A DNA stretch of 64,000 nucleotides from Gemmatimonadaceae bacterium (lineage in GTDB: Bacteria; Gemmatimonadota; Gemmatimonadetes; Gemmatimonadales; Gemmatimonadaceae), in assembly GCA_033763905.1 (NCBI GenBank), contig JANRJP010000093.1:29648-93647 (forward strand). The letters run 5' to 3'. Shown here in pieces: positions 18,397-30,764 of the stretch. The position numbers and the translations under genes were made by a program. The notes below the pieces were generated by a model, which had not been told where the DNA came from, did not search any database, and saw only the letters and a list, made by a program, of their open reading frames with translations. Each line of letters starts with the position of its first letter. Position 1 is the first letter of the stretch.

Positions 18397-18398
18397 GG

Positions 18399-19772
18399 TC
18401 AGCGATAGAGCAAGAAGGGCGCAACGCGGCGACGGAACGCCGTCACCGCCGCGGAGTCACGCGCCAGCACGGCGCGCGGCGATTCGCCCGCCAACAGCGC
18501 CTGACGCAGCGCGGCTGGTCCGAAGGTGCGATCGAACCCTTCGTCGCGAACCTTGAGCGAGTCGGGATGGGCTTTGGCAATCGCCCAGAACAGCGAGGCG
18601 AACAACGACACGCTACGCAGCTGCTCACGGTCGGTGACGGTGATGCGCAGCCCGCGCACCACCCGACCGTCGTACTTGCTGTCCCCCGGCTTCTGCGGGG
18701 TGAAATCCTCGGCGGCGAGCCGGACGCCAGCCATCGGTATCGTGTCGAGGAGCGCCAGCACACGGGCGGGGTTCATCCACGGCGCGCCGATCAACTGGAA
18801 GGCCGTCGGCGTACCGCGCCCAACCGACACGTTGGTCGGCTCGAACGCCACCATCCCGGGATACAGCATCGCGCTGATGAGCGACGGCATATTCGGGCTC
18901 GGGCGGATCCACGGCAGTCCGGTCTCGTCGAACCACGCGGCTCGCCGCCAGCCGGCCGCTGGCATCACGCGCAGATCGGCGCCAAGCCCGAGCACGCTGT
19001 TGTAGAAGCGCGCCATCTCGCCCATCGTGAGCCCGTGCCGTAGCGGCACCGGGTAGATCGCCGTCGGACGCGCCATCTTGGGCGGCGCGTGGACTTCGTG
19101 GTTGGTCAGCGCACTATCGGCGATCGGCCCCTCGACGATGTGCCCGCCGATCGGGTTCGGCCGATCGAGCACGATGATCCGGAGCTTGTTCTTCGCCGCC
19201 GCGCGCAGGGCATAGAGCATCGACGCGGGGAACGTCCACGGCCGAGCGCCCAGGTCCTGCAGATCGACCACCAGCACATCGACATCACGGAGCAGCGAGT
19301 CCGGCGGCGGCATCGGCACGCGACCATACAGCGAAATCACCGCCAGCCCGGTCTTCTGATCGATCTCGTTGCCGATGTTGATCCGATCTTCGGTGCCGCG
19401 GATGCCGTGCTCCGGCGCGAAGAGTCGCACCAGCTGCACCTTGGCCGCCTTCGCCGCCGGGTCCGCGAAGAGTCGATCGATGTCCGAGATGCCCGCGGCA
19501 TCGACACCATTCTGATTCGTGAGCAGCGCCACGCGCTTTCCCGCGATCAGGGCCAGCGAATCCTCGAGCAAGACCGCAATCCCGGGCCGCGTCGGTACCG
19601 TCGCGCGGGCCTTCAGCGAGTCCGCCGGAAAGGTGAGGGGCGGCACCGGCATTCCCTGCGCCGGCGGGGCGGGTCGAACCGCCGGTGCCTGCTCGGCGGA
19701 CGCGGCGGTGGTACCGGAGCAGCCCCCGAGCAGGGCAAGCGCGACAAGGAACCGGCGGAGGGGTTGTTGCAT
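18399..19772 (-). CDS. DUF1343 / NamZ-like exo-beta-N-acetylmuramidase lipoprotein
   Basis: LFAPEHG, DLQDLGAR, LDRPNP, RHGLTMGE, PSPNMP, SVGRGT; lipobox LGGC. Confidence 0.88.
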   Translation of the reverse strand: MQQPLRRFLVALALLGGCSGTTAASAEQAPAVRPAPPAQGMPVPPLTFPADSLKARATVPTRPGIAVLLEDSLALIAGKRVALLTNQNGVDAAGISDIDRLFADPAAKAAKVQLVRLFAPEHGIRGTEDRINIGNEIDQKTGLAVISLYGRVPMPPPDSLLRDVDVLVVDLQDLGARPWTFPASMLYALRAAAKNKLRIIVLDRPNPIGGHIVEGPIADSALTNHEVHAPPKMARPTAIYPVPLRHGLTMGEMARFYNSVLGLGADLRVMPAAGWRRAAWFDETGLPWIRPSPNMPSLISAMLYPGMVAFEPTNVSVGRGTPTAFQLIGAPWMNPARVLALLDTIPMAGVRLAAEDFTPQKPGDSKYDGRVVRGLRITVTDREQLRSVSLFASLFWAIAKAHPDSLKVRDEGFDRTFGPAALRQALLAGESPRAVLARDSAAVTAFRRRVAPFLLYR

Positions 19773-19878
19773 AACTGTTAAGTTAGTGCATCATCAACGG
19801 ATCGGATTAAATCTCGATGAGGTTGTGCGGCGCCTGCGCCGCCCTCCCTTCAGCGAGTGCAGACCCGCTTGGCAACGC

Positions 19879-19907
19879 TTGTCCGCCGCGTTCCCGAGCG
19901 TTACATT
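19879..19907 (+). promoter_or_regulatory. putative sigma70 promoter of the iscA-like gene
   Basis: TTGTCC-N17-TACATT. Confidence 0.55.
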
Positions 19908-19954
19908 CGGATTTAAGCAGGCGGAATCCCTTCCCCATCGACGGAGTCCTCATC

Positions 19955-20311
19955 GTGAGCACGATCAACCAGCCCGAAGTCCTGATGACGCTGACGCCCG
20001 CAGCCTGCGTCGAGGTCAAGAAGTTCATGGCGAATGACAACGTCGACGCCAACGTCGGCGGGCTTCGCGTGAGCGTGCAGCCGGGCGGCTGCTCGGGCTT
20101 CAAGTACGGTCTCGTGATCGAAGACGCCGCGGCGGACGACGACCTCGTGATCGACGCCGACGGCTTCAAGGTGTTCGTCGACCCCTTCTCGGCGCAGTAC
20201 ATCGGCGGCGTGACGGTGGACTACGTGAGCTCGATGCAGGGCTCGGGCTTCACCTTCAAGAACCCGAACGCCACCGGCGGCTGCGGCTGCGGGTCGAGCT
20301 TCTCGGCGTAA
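19955..20311 (+). CDS. A-type Fe-S carrier (HesB/IscA/ErpA family)
   Basis: GGCSG, NPNATGGCGCGSSF; GTG start with GGAG RBS. Confidence 0.95.
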   Translation: MSTINQPEVLMTLTPAACVEVKKFMANDNVDANVGGLRVSVQPGGCSGFKYGLVIEDAAADDDLVIDADGFKVFVDPFSAQYIGGVTVDYVSSMQGSGFTFKNPNATGGCGCGSSFSA

Positions 20312-20349
20312 TCGCCTCGGCGCATCGCGCCGGCGCGGCGGCCTTTTTT

Positions 20350-20389
20350 CACGGCCCGCTCCCGTTTCGGGAGCGGGCCGTGTTGCTTT
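20350..20389 (+). terminator. intrinsic terminator-like hairpin
   Basis: 15-bp perfect stem CACGGCCCGCTCCCG-TTT-CGGGAGCGGGCCGTG followed by TTGCTTT. Confidence 0.65.
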
Positions 20390-20396
20390 CGCCCCC

Positions 20397-21905
20397 GTGA
20401 CTCTCCTCGACCTCTTCGTTCTCGTCGCCTACCTCGGCGGCACGACTTGGCTCGGCCTCCGCCTCGGCCGCCAGCAGAAGGATGCACGCGACTACTTCGT
20501 CGCCGACCGCGCGATTCCGTGGTGGGCGGTCTGTTTCTCGATCGTCGCGAGCGAGACGAGCGCGCTCACGTTCATTTCGATTCCCGGGCTGTCGTGGGCG
20601 GGCAATCTCGGGTTTCTGCAGGTCGTCGCAGGCTACATCCTCGGCCGGTTCGTGGTCGCGGCCGTGCTGCTGCCGCGCTACTTCGAAGGGGAAATCGTCA
20701 CCGCGTACTCGCTGCTTGAGCAGCGCTTCGGCGTGGCCACGCGACGCTTCACGTCGGTGGTGTTTCTCGTCACGCGTGCGATGGCCGACGCCGTGCGGGT
20801 GTTTGCCACGGCAATTCCCGTGGCGCTGATCATCGGTCCGGCCGTCCCGCGCGAGTGGTCGATGCCGGCTGCCGTGTTGGTGCTGGGCCTGCTGACCGTG
20901 CTCTACACCTACAAGGGCGGGATGCGCGCGGTGGTGTACACCGAGCTGGTGCAGGCTGGCGTGTACGTGCTGGGCGGGCTGTCGGCGCTGTACCTCATTG
21001 GCGACGCCGTCCCCGGCGGGTGGACCGCCATTCTTGCGCGTGCCGGCGAGGCGTCGAAGCTGGCAGTCCTCAACACCAGTGTCGACAAGACGCAGCCGCA
21101 CACGATCTGGGCGGGGCTTCTGGGCGGCGGCTTCCTTGCGATGGCGTCACACGGCACCGACCAGTTGATCGTGCAGCGGCTCCTGTCGTCGCGGTCGCTC
21201 CGGGACGCGCAGAAGGCCATCATCGGCAGCGGATTCGTGGTCTTCGCGCAGTTCACGCTTTTTCTGTTCGTCGGCATAGGCCTCTGGGCGCACTACGGGG
21301 ACCGCGTGTTTTCGGCGCCCGATCAGGTCTTCCCGGCGTTCATCGTCGAGTCGATGCCACCCGGACTGCTGGGGCTCGTGCTGGCAGCGATCATCGCCGC
21401 GACGATGAGCACACACGCCGGGGCCATCAATTCGCTGGCGGCCGCGTCGCTCCACGATTTGTACCTGCCGCTCACCGGGCGTCGCGCCGACGATCCCGCC
21501 ACCCTGCGGACGGGCAAACTCCTCGCGCTGATCTGGGGCGTGGGGCTCACGCTGGGGGCGTTGCTGTTCAAGGAGCAGGGCACGCCGGTGGTGGTGATCG
21601 CGCTCTCGATTGCGTCGTTCACCTACGGAGGCCTGCTCGGGGGCTTTCTGCTGGGGATCCTCTGGCGCCGGGCGGAGCAGCGGGACGCGATCGCGGGCAT
21701 CGGCACAGGCATCTTCGCGATGGCGCTGATCGTGTTCGCGAAGCAGTTGTCGGAGGCGGTTCCAGCCTTGGCCAGCACCCTGAGCCCCTTCGTGGGGATC
21801 GCCTGGCCGTGGTACGTGCTGATCGGGACGGTGATCACCGTGACGACGGGCGTGCTGGTCTCGTTCCTGCCGCGCGGCGCTTCGTCTGCGGCGCGGCCCC
21901 GCTAG
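20397..21905 (+). CDS. sodium:solute symporter
   Basis: SIVASETSALTFISIPG, YTYKGGMRAVVYTE, GTDQLIVQR; many TM segments. Confidence 0.92.
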   Translation: MTLLDLFVLVAYLGGTTWLGLRLGRQQKDARDYFVADRAIPWWAVCFSIVASETSALTFISIPGLSWAGNLGFLQVVAGYILGRFVVAAVLLPRYFEGEIVTAYSLLEQRFGVATRRFTSVVFLVTRAMADAVRVFATAIPVALIIGPAVPREWSMPAAVLVLGLLTVLYTYKGGMRAVVYTELVQAGVYVLGGLSALYLIGDAVPGGWTAILARAGEASKLAVLNTSVDKTQPHTIWAGLLGGGFLAMASHGTDQLIVQRLLSSRSLRDAQKAIIGSGFVVFAQFTLFLFVGIGLWAHYGDRVFSAPDQVFPAFIVESMPPGLLGLVLAAIIAATMSTHAGAINSLAAASLHDLYLPLTGRRADDPATLRTGKLLALIWGVGLTLGALLFKEQGTPVVVIALSIASFTYGGLLGGFLLGILWRRAEQRDAIAGIGTGIFAMALIVFAKQLSEAVPALASTLSPFVGIAWPWYVLIGTVITVTTGVLVSFLPRGASSAARPR

Positions 21906-21917
21906 ATTTCCACGGCT

Positions 21918-22841
21918 ATGACGGCAATCGTGATCGGAGTGGACGGCGGCGGCTCGCAGACGCGCGTGCAGATCGCCAATGAGAACGGCAAGGTGATCGG
22001 CTCGGCCGACGGCCCGGGCAGCGCGGTGCGCCCCGGCGCAGCCGAGCTCTCGGCGGATGTCATCGCGGCGGTGGTCGCCGAAGCGATGGCGCACGCGTCA
22101 CTGACGGACGTCACGCCACGCGTGCTGGTGGCCGGCGTCGCCGGCACTGGTCGCGAGGCCGAGCGCGACGCCCTGCGGCAGGCGCTGCGCGGGCGGTCGC
22201 TGGCGAGCGACGTCGTCGTGCACACCGACGCCGGCATCGCGCTCGACGACGCCTTCGGCGACGGCCCTGGCATTCTGCTGGCCGCCGGCACCGGCTCGAT
22301 CGGGATTGGCCGTTCGCCCGCCGGCCGCACGGCGCGCGTCGGCGGCTTCGGGCCGGTGATTGGTGACGAAGGCAGCGCGACGTGGATCGGACACCGGGCA
22401 CTGTCGAGCGTCTGCGCCGCCAGCGACGGCCGCGAGCCCGAGACCGCGCTGACCGGAGCGATTCTGACGCATACCGAGTGCGACGACGTGCAGGCGCTGG
22501 TGCATTGGGCGGCACACGCGTCGCGTGCCGATCTGGCGGCGCTCACGCCGGTCGTAGTGCACTGCGCCGAGCAGGGCGATGTGCGCGCCAACACCCTGCT
22601 GGCGCTCGCTGTCGAAGAACTGGCGCTGCACGTGCGGGCATTGGCCCGCGAACTGTTCGTGGACGAACGCGCCGCCTGCCCGGTGGCGCTGACGGGCGGC
22701 CTGCTCGGCCCCCGGTCGTTCCTGCGCCGGAAGCTCGAGCATCGGCTCAAGGGCTTCGTGCCGGGGGCGGCGGTGAAGTCCGGGGAGATCGTCCCCGTGC
22801 GCGGCGCGGTGAAGGCCGCGCTCCGCGCCATCGGCGGCTGA
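21918..22841 (+). CDS. BadF/BcrA-type amino-sugar (GlcNAc/MurNAc) kinase
   Basis: GVDGGGSQT, AGTGS, GGFGPVIGDEGSA. Confidence 0.85.
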   Translation: MTAIVIGVDGGGSQTRVQIANENGKVIGSADGPGSAVRPGAAELSADVIAAVVAEAMAHASLTDVTPRVLVAGVAGTGREAERDALRQALRGRSLASDVVVHTDAGIALDDAFGDGPGILLAAGTGSIGIGRSPAGRTARVGGFGPVIGDEGSATWIGHRALSSVCAASDGREPETALTGAILTHTECDDVQALVHWAAHASRADLAALTPVVVHCAEQGDVRANTLLALAVEELALHVRALARELFVDERAACPVALTGGLLGPRSFLRRKLEHRLKGFVPGAAVKSGEIVPVRGAVKAALRAIGG

Positions 22842-22849
22842 GGACGGCG

Positions 22850-24079
22850 CTACGCGCGATCGGCGGCGGGAGGGGAGAACTCCCCTTCCCACCGCGCCAT
22901 CACCACGGTCGCGAGGCAGTTGCCCAGCAGGTTCACCGACGTGCGCGCCATATCCATCAGCGCGTCCACGCCGAGAATCACCGCAACGGCTTCGAGTGGC
23001 AGCCCGAACATCGTGAGCGTGCCGCTCAAGATCACGAGCGACGCGCGCGGCACCGCCGCCACGCCCTTCGAGGTGAGCATCAGCGTCAGCATCATCACGA
23101 CCTGCTGCCCCACACTCATTTCGACGCCGGCCGCCTGCGCGGCGAAGACCGACGCCATCGCCAAGTACAGCGTCGAGCCGTCGAGGTTGAAGCTGTAGCC
23201 GGTCGGCATCACGAAGGCGATGATGCGCTTCGGCACGCCGAACTCCTCCATCCGCTTCATCGCGATCGGCAGCGCCGCTTCACTTGAGGCGGTGCTGAAG
23301 GCCAGCAGCCAGGGCTCGCGAACCTTCCGGAAGAACTCGCGCAGCGGGACCTTCGCGATCATCGCGACCGGCACCAAGACCAGCACGATGAAGATCACCA
23401 GCGCCCCGTAGAGCGCCAGCACGAGCTTGCCAAGCGACAGCAACACGCCGAGGCCGCTCTTGCCCACCGTGTACGCGATGGCGCCGGCAATGCCGATCGG
23501 CGCGAACGACATCACGTACCCGGTGAACTTGAACATCACCTCGACGATGCCTTCGAAGAACGCGAGCAGCGTGTCCTTGCCGCGGCTCTGAGGAATCGTG
23601 GCCAATCCCGCCGAGAACAGCACCGAGAAGAACACGATCTGCAGCACTTCGTTGTGCGCGGCGGCGTCGAAGAAGCTGGTGGGAATCGTGTGCTCGAGCA
23701 CACCACTCAAGGTCACCTTGTTGCTGGCGAACTTGGCGCCTTCTTCGGCCGATGCCGTCGAGAGATCGACCCCGAGGCCCGGCTGCACGAGGTTGACCAC
23801 GACGAGCCCCACGACGAGCGCGAGGGTGGTGACGATCTCGAAGTAGAGGATCGAGCGCCACGCGAGGCGCCCCACCTTCTTCATATCGTCGCCGTGGCCG
23901 GCGATGCCGGTGACCAGCGTGGACAAGATGAGCGGAACGACCAGGAGCTTGATCATCCGCAGGAACAGGTTGGACAGGACCTTCGCGCCGTCGGCGGCGC
24001 CGGGGAACTGCCATCCCACCAGCGTACCGACCACCATCGCGATAAGAATCCAGCTCGACAGCGAGATCTTCTTGAACAC
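22850..24079 (-). CDS. dicarboxylate/amino acid:cation symporter (GltP-like)
   Basis: FSTASSEAALP, PTGYSFNLDG, MDMARTSVN. Confidence 0.93.
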   Translation of the reverse strand: MFKKISLSSWILIAMVVGTLVGWQFPGAADGAKVLSNLFLRMIKLLVVPLILSTLVTGIAGHGDDMKKVGRLAWRSILYFEIVTTLALVVGLVVVNLVQPGLGVDLSTASAEEGAKFASNKVTLSGVLEHTIPTSFFDAAAHNEVLQIVFFSVLFSAGLATIPQSRGKDTLLAFFEGIVEVMFKFTGYVMSFAPIGIAGAIAYTVGKSGLGVLLSLGKLVLALYGALVIFIVLVLVPVAMIAKVPLREFFRKVREPWLLAFSTASSEAALPIAMKRMEEFGVPKRIIAFVMPTGYSFNLDGSTLYLAMASVFAAQAAGVEMSVGQQVVMMLTLMLTSKGVAAVPRASLVILSGTLTMFGLPLEAVAVILGVDALMDMARTSVNLLGNCLATVVMARWEGEFSPPAADRA

Positions 24080-24088
24080 GGGACTCCG

Positions 24089-25612
24089 TCAGGGCGAGGG
24101 CTCGGTGCCATCACTCGGGACCGCTCGTCCCGTGCGCAACACCGAATGCCGGAAACCGTACACGACGTAGATCGCCAACCCGATCAACAGCCAGACGCCG
24201 AACGCCACCCACGCACTCGCCGGCAGGCCCTTCATCACGAAGAGGCAGGCCGCGACGCCACCGAGCGACACCGGCCACACGAAGGGTACCCGGAACGGCC
24301 GCGGACGGTCAGGCTCACGAATGCGCAGGGCGAGCACACCGGCGCACACCAGCGTGAACGCCGCCAACGTCCCGATGTTGGTCAGATCGTAGGTCGCCGC
24401 GTCGTCGGCGACGAGCGCCCCGATTGCGACCAGCACGCCGGTCAGCGCCGTCGTCACCGTGGGCACGCGTCGTGTGGGGTGCAACTTGGCCGCGAAGCGC
24501 GGCAGCAGGCCGTCGCGCGCCATCGCATAGAAGATACGCGGCTGGCCGTACTGGAAGACCAGCAGCACGGCGGCCATCGACACGACGGCGCCCGCCGAAA
24601 TGATCCACGAGGCCGTCTCGAGCCCCGCGAGCGTCAACGCCTTCGCAAGCGGGTCCGCCGACTTGAGATCGGTGTAGGGCACGATGCCGGTCGCGACGAG
24701 TCCGACGATGACGTAGATTAGGGTACACACGCCAAGGCCGGCCAGAATGCCGATCGGCAAATTGCGCTGCGGATTCTTCGTTTCCTCGGCGGCCGTCGAG
24801 ATGGCGTCGAAGCCGATGTACGCGAAGAACACGATCGCGGCGCCCTGGTGGATGCCGCGGAACCCGTTCGGCGCGAAGGGTGTGTAGTTCGCGGTGTCGA
24901 TGTGCTGCGCTCCGACGATCACGAAGATCGCGAGCACGAGCAGCTTGATCGCCACCATTACGTTGTTCGCGCGCTTCGATTCCTTGACCCCGAGCAGCAG
25001 CAGCCAGGTGATCAGCGCCACGATCGCGAACGCGGGCAGGTTGAGCAGCACCGGAATGCCCGCCACCTGCGGCGCGCTGTCCATCAGCGCGTGAATGGCA
25101 GGGTCCGAGGACTTCGCCACCTGGAAATAGCCGTGTGTCAGCCAGCCGGGCAACGCGACGCCGAAGCCTGAGAGCAGCGACACGAAATAGCCGCTCCACG
25201 CGATCGCGACGGCCACGTTCCCGACCGCGTACTCCAGAATGAGATCCCAGCCGATGATCCACGCGAGGATCTCGCCGAGCGTGGCATAGCTGTAGGCGTA
25301 CGCGGAGCCGGCCTGCGGAATCATCGCGGCCAGCTCGGCGTAACAGAGGGCCGCCAACCCGCAGACGGCCCCCAGCAACAGGAAGGACAGGATGAGCGCC
25401 GGGCCGGCGCCGTAGCGCACCACCGTGCCGTCGGCGAGCGTCTCGCCCGCCGCGGCGGTGCCCAGCGATGCGAAGATGCCGGCGCCAATCACGGCGCCGA
25501 TCGACAGCATCACCAGGTCCAGTGCGCCCAGCTCCCGCTTGAGCCCGCCAGCCTCGTGCCCGTCAGGCACGAGGTCGGCGATGGGCTTGCGGGCGAAAAG
25601 GGAGACCTTCAC
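24089..25612 (-). CDS. APC family amino acid permease
   Basis: IGAVIGAGIF, GSAYAY, FFAYIGFD, MARDGLLP. Confidence 0.92.
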   Translation of the reverse strand: MKVSLFARKPIADLVPDGHEAGGLKRELGALDLVMLSIGAVIGAGIFASLGTAAAGETLADGTVVRYGAGPALILSFLLLGAVCGLAALCYAELAAMIPQAGSAYAYSYATLGEILAWIIGWDLILEYAVGNVAVAIAWSGYFVSLLSGFGVALPGWLTHGYFQVAKSSDPAIHALMDSAPQVAGIPVLLNLPAFAIVALITWLLLLGVKESKRANNVMVAIKLLVLAIFVIVGAQHIDTANYTPFAPNGFRGIHQGAAIVFFAYIGFDAISTAAEETKNPQRNLPIGILAGLGVCTLIYVIVGLVATGIVPYTDLKSADPLAKALTLAGLETASWIISAGAVVSMAAVLLVFQYGQPRIFYAMARDGLLPRFAAKLHPTRRVPTVTTALTGVLVAIGALVADDAATYDLTNIGTLAAFTLVCAGVLALRIREPDRPRPFRVPFVWPVSLGGVAACLFVMKGLPASAWVAFGVWLLIGLAIYVVYGFRHSVLRTGRAVPSDGTEPSP

Positions 25613-25613
25613 C

Positions 25614-27800
<2,187 letters not shown>

Positions 27801-27830
27801 CAGAGGGTCTGGAGGACGGTCGGTGACGGC

Positions 27831-29330
27831 TTACGCCGCCGGAGTGCTCCGCCCGGCCGAGCGCCAGGCGAAGTAGACAGGGACACCGAGCAACACGAGG
27901 ACCAGGCCCGAGATGGCCTGGGCGCGCGTCTTGTCGGCAATCAGCAGAATCACCGCCACGCCGGTCGCGAGGACGATGTACAACGCGGGCAGGAACGGAT
28001 ACCCAATCGCCTTGTACGGGCGCGGCGCGTCGGGGCGCTTCGCCCGCAGGATGAACAAGCCGATCGTGGTGAGCGCGTAGAATGCCAAGGCGGCGAAGAT
28101 CACGTAGTCGAGCAGTTGCCCGTAGGTGCCGGTCAGGCACAGCAGCGAGGTCCAGATGCTCTGGGCGACGAGCGCCCACCCGGGAACGCCATTCGCGTTG
28201 AGCGTGCCCGCCTTGGTGAAGAACAGGCGGTCCTTCGCCATTGCCCAGTACACGCGCGCGCCCGACAGAATGAGGCCGTTGTTGCACCCGAAGGTGGAAA
28301 TCAGGATGGCCACCGCCATCACCGTGGCCGCCGAGGCGCCGAACATCGTCTCGGCGACCGCGACGCCGACGCGATCCTGCGTGGCGTGCGTGATGCCGCG
28401 GGCGAAGACATCGGCACCCTCGGCCGTGCCGGCGAAGGGCAGCACATTGAGGTACGACAGATTCGTCGCGAGGTAGAGCACCGTAACGAGCCCCGTGCCA
28501 AGCACCAGCGCGCGCGGGAGGTTCTTCGCCGGGTCGCGCACTTCGGCGGCCGCGAAGGTGACGTTGTTCCACGCGTCGCTCGAGAACAACGAGCCGACCA
28601 AGGCCGCACCGAACGCCACGATGAACGACGGCCCCAGAGTCGACATATCGCCGAAGAATCCGGGGCCGAAGTTGAGCGCGATGGCATCGGCGTTGCGACC
28701 GAGCGTGAAGCCAAGCAGCAGCAGGAAGGCGAGGGCGCCGGTCTTGGCAATCGTGAGCGTGGTTTGGACGAACTTGGCTTCCCGCACCCCGCGCAGATTG
28801 ATGAACGTCAGGATCCAGATCGAGATCAGGGCGACGAGACGCTGCGGGTTGAGCCCGAGTTCGATCACGCCCCCCGGTGTCTGGACGTCGAGCTGCGGGA
28901 ACCAGCCGAAGCGTTCTGGGCTGATCGCGGGCCACAGCACGCCGAGGAATCGGCCGAAGGCGACGCCGACGGCAGCAATGGTCCCGGTCTGGATGACGAT
29001 GAAAAAGGTCCAGCCGTACAGAAAGCCCATCAGCGGACCCATCGACTCGCGCAGGAACACGTACTGTCCGCCGGCCTTCGGATACATCGCCGCGAGTTCG
29101 CCGTAGGCGAGGGCGCCGAGGAGCGTCATCACCCCGGTGAGCACCCACGCCATCAGCAGCATAAAGGGCGAACCGACGGTTCGACCGATGTCGGCCGAGA
29201 CGATGAAGATGCCGGAGCCGATCATTGAGCCGGCGACCAGCATCGTCGCGTCGGTCAATGTAAGCGCCTTGACGAAGCCGTCGGCACGCGTGGTACCGTC
29301 GGGCGTCTCGGGAGCGGCCGTAGCGGACAT
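27831..29330 (-). CDS. APC family amino acid permease
   Basis: GSMIGSGIF, GGQYVFLRE, SSDAWNN; ATG at 29330. Confidence 0.9.
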   Translation of the reverse strand: MSATAAPETPDGTTRADGFVKALTLTDATMLVAGSMIGSGIFIVSADIGRTVGSPFMLLMAWVLTGVMTLLGALAYGELAAMYPKAGGQYVFLRESMGPLMGFLYGWTFFIVIQTGTIAAVGVAFGRFLGVLWPAISPERFGWFPQLDVQTPGGVIELGLNPQRLVALISIWILTFINLRGVREAKFVQTTLTIAKTGALAFLLLLGFTLGRNADAIALNFGPGFFGDMSTLGPSFIVAFGAALVGSLFSSDAWNNVTFAAAEVRDPAKNLPRALVLGTGLVTVLYLATNLSYLNVLPFAGTAEGADVFARGITHATQDRVGVAVAETMFGASAATVMAVAILISTFGCNNGLILSGARVYWAMAKDRLFFTKAGTLNANGVPGWALVAQSIWTSLLCLTGTYGQLLDYVIFAALAFYALTTIGLFILRAKRPDAPRPYKAIGYPFLPALYIVLATGVAVILLIADKTRAQAISGLVLVLLGVPVYFAWRSAGRSTPAA

Positions 29331-29444
29331 TCGGACTCGACAGAGGGATGTGCTCACGGCACCAGCGCCGCGATGCAATCCGCACAAAGTACCCCTGTGT
29401 CACGGCGGTAGCTACGGCGTCACGGCCGTGCCGCCGAAGCCCGG

Positions 29445-30260
29445 TTACGGGGCTTCTGCCGAGATTACGGCCGTGTCGCGGACCGCCGTCCCGTCGCGCC
29501 GCACCGCTGGCCGAAAGCGAATCTCGGACAGCATCTCCCGAATGCGCCGGTTGTAGCCGCCGTCTCTCGGGGGATTGTACGAGAGCAGCTTGGCGTTCCC
29601 GCGTTCGTCGACGTCGAAGTAGGCGACGAGCTTGTACGGCCGGACGTTCGCGGGGACGGGGATCGGCAGAATGGCCAGGTTGGTCACCACCGGCGGGTCG
29701 TGATCGGCGCCATCCCCGCCGGTGCCACTGCCCTGCCCGCTGCCCGCGCCGGTTCCCTGCCCCGTGCCGGTGCCGCCGCCGGTCCCAGGGCCGTTGCCAT
29801 TAGTCCCGTCGAGCCCCGAACCGGAACCGCCCGCGCTCGAGGTGGGGGTCTCGGCCGCGGGCGGAGTGGCAGGGGGCGTCGGGGGCGTAGCCGGCGGCGT
29901 CTCGAGGGGCTTGGGCTGTGGCGGTGGCGGCGTCGGCAGCGCCACCTGCGGCTGCTCGGGGGCTGGGCTTGGTGCAATCTGCACGTAGCGAAGCCGCTCG
30001 GCCCCACCCGAGAGCCCGTCCGCACCGCGGCCGCCGCCGCCCCCGCCGCGAGGGCCACGGGTGCCCGCCGACCGACTGTCGGCGTCGAAGACCTGCGTGA
30101 GCAACGCCGGCAGAATCAGCGCGAGAATGATCGCCGAGTGCACGAACACCGAGACGATGATGCTGCTGAGCGTGCGCTTTTCCCCCCGTTCGGGGATGCC
30201 GATCGGCGGCCGATACGGCCGTCGCGCCTTGGGCAGGTTGGGAGAGGAAAATTCAGTCAT
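29445..30260 (-). CDS. TonB/TolA-like protein with Pro- and Gly-rich linker
   Basis: TM motif SVFVHS, poly-Pro and GTG/GSG repeats, C-terminal FDVDERG...RFRPAVRRDG. Confidence 0.75.
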   Translation of the reverse strand: MTEFSSPNLPKARRPYRPPIGIPERGEKRTLSSIIVSVFVHSAIILALILPALLTQVFDADSRSAGTRGPRGGGGGGRGADGLSGGAERLRYVQIAPSPAPEQPQVALPTPPPPQPKPLETPPATPPTPPATPPAAETPTSSAGGSGSGLDGTNGNGPGTGGGTGTGQGTGAGSGQGSGTGGDGADHDPPVVTNLAILPIPVPANVRPYKLVAYFDVDERGNAKLLSYNPPRDGGYNRRIREMLSEIRFRPAVRRDGTAVRDTAVISAEAP

Positions 30261-30338
30261 CGCGGAACCCATACAACGTAGTACGGCGGACGCCCCCGTT
30301 TGGGTTCGTCCGCCGCACACCGTTTTGGGCGGAGCCGG

Positions 30339-30761
30339 TCAGTTCGTGGCCGGATCCTTCGGGGTGATGCCGATGACCTTCACGCCGGCGCCTCGAGAGG
30401 CATCCATCGCGAAAATCACGTCCTGATACGTCACCGCCGGGTCGCCCTTGATGAAGATGAGCTTGTCCGGACGCGGCTCGAAGATCTCCTTGAGCCGCTT
30501 GGTGAGCTGATCGGGGGGCACGTTCTCCTTGTTGACCGAGAACACGCCGCCGGGCAAGACCTCGAGCACGATCTGAAGCGACGGCTGTCCCGGGGGGGCC
30601 GGCGCCGGATTCGGATCGGGGAGCTGCACGTCAATCGCCTTTCGCGCCATCGGCACCACGATCATGAAAATGATCAGGAGCACGAGGAGCACGTCGATCA
30701 TCGGCGTGACGTTGATGTCGTTGTTCAGCCCGCCTTCCCCACCGCCTGCAGACATTCCCAT
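30339..30761 (-). CDS. exbD: biopolymer transporter ExbD/TolR
   Basis: INVTPMIDVLLVLLIIFMI. Confidence 0.92.
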   Translation of the reverse strand: MGMSAGGGEGGLNNDINVTPMIDVLLVLLIIFMIVVPMARKAIDVQLPDPNPAPAPPGQPSLQIVLEVLPGGVFSVNKENVPPDQLTKRLKEIFEPRPDKLIFIKGDPAVTYQDVIFAMDASRGAGVKVIGITPKDPATN

Positions 30762-30764
30762 CGG

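Noticed and set aside
29354..29430. Repeated TCACGGC words upstream of the permease
   Set aside because: Short, irregularly spaced, and expected by chance at this GC content.
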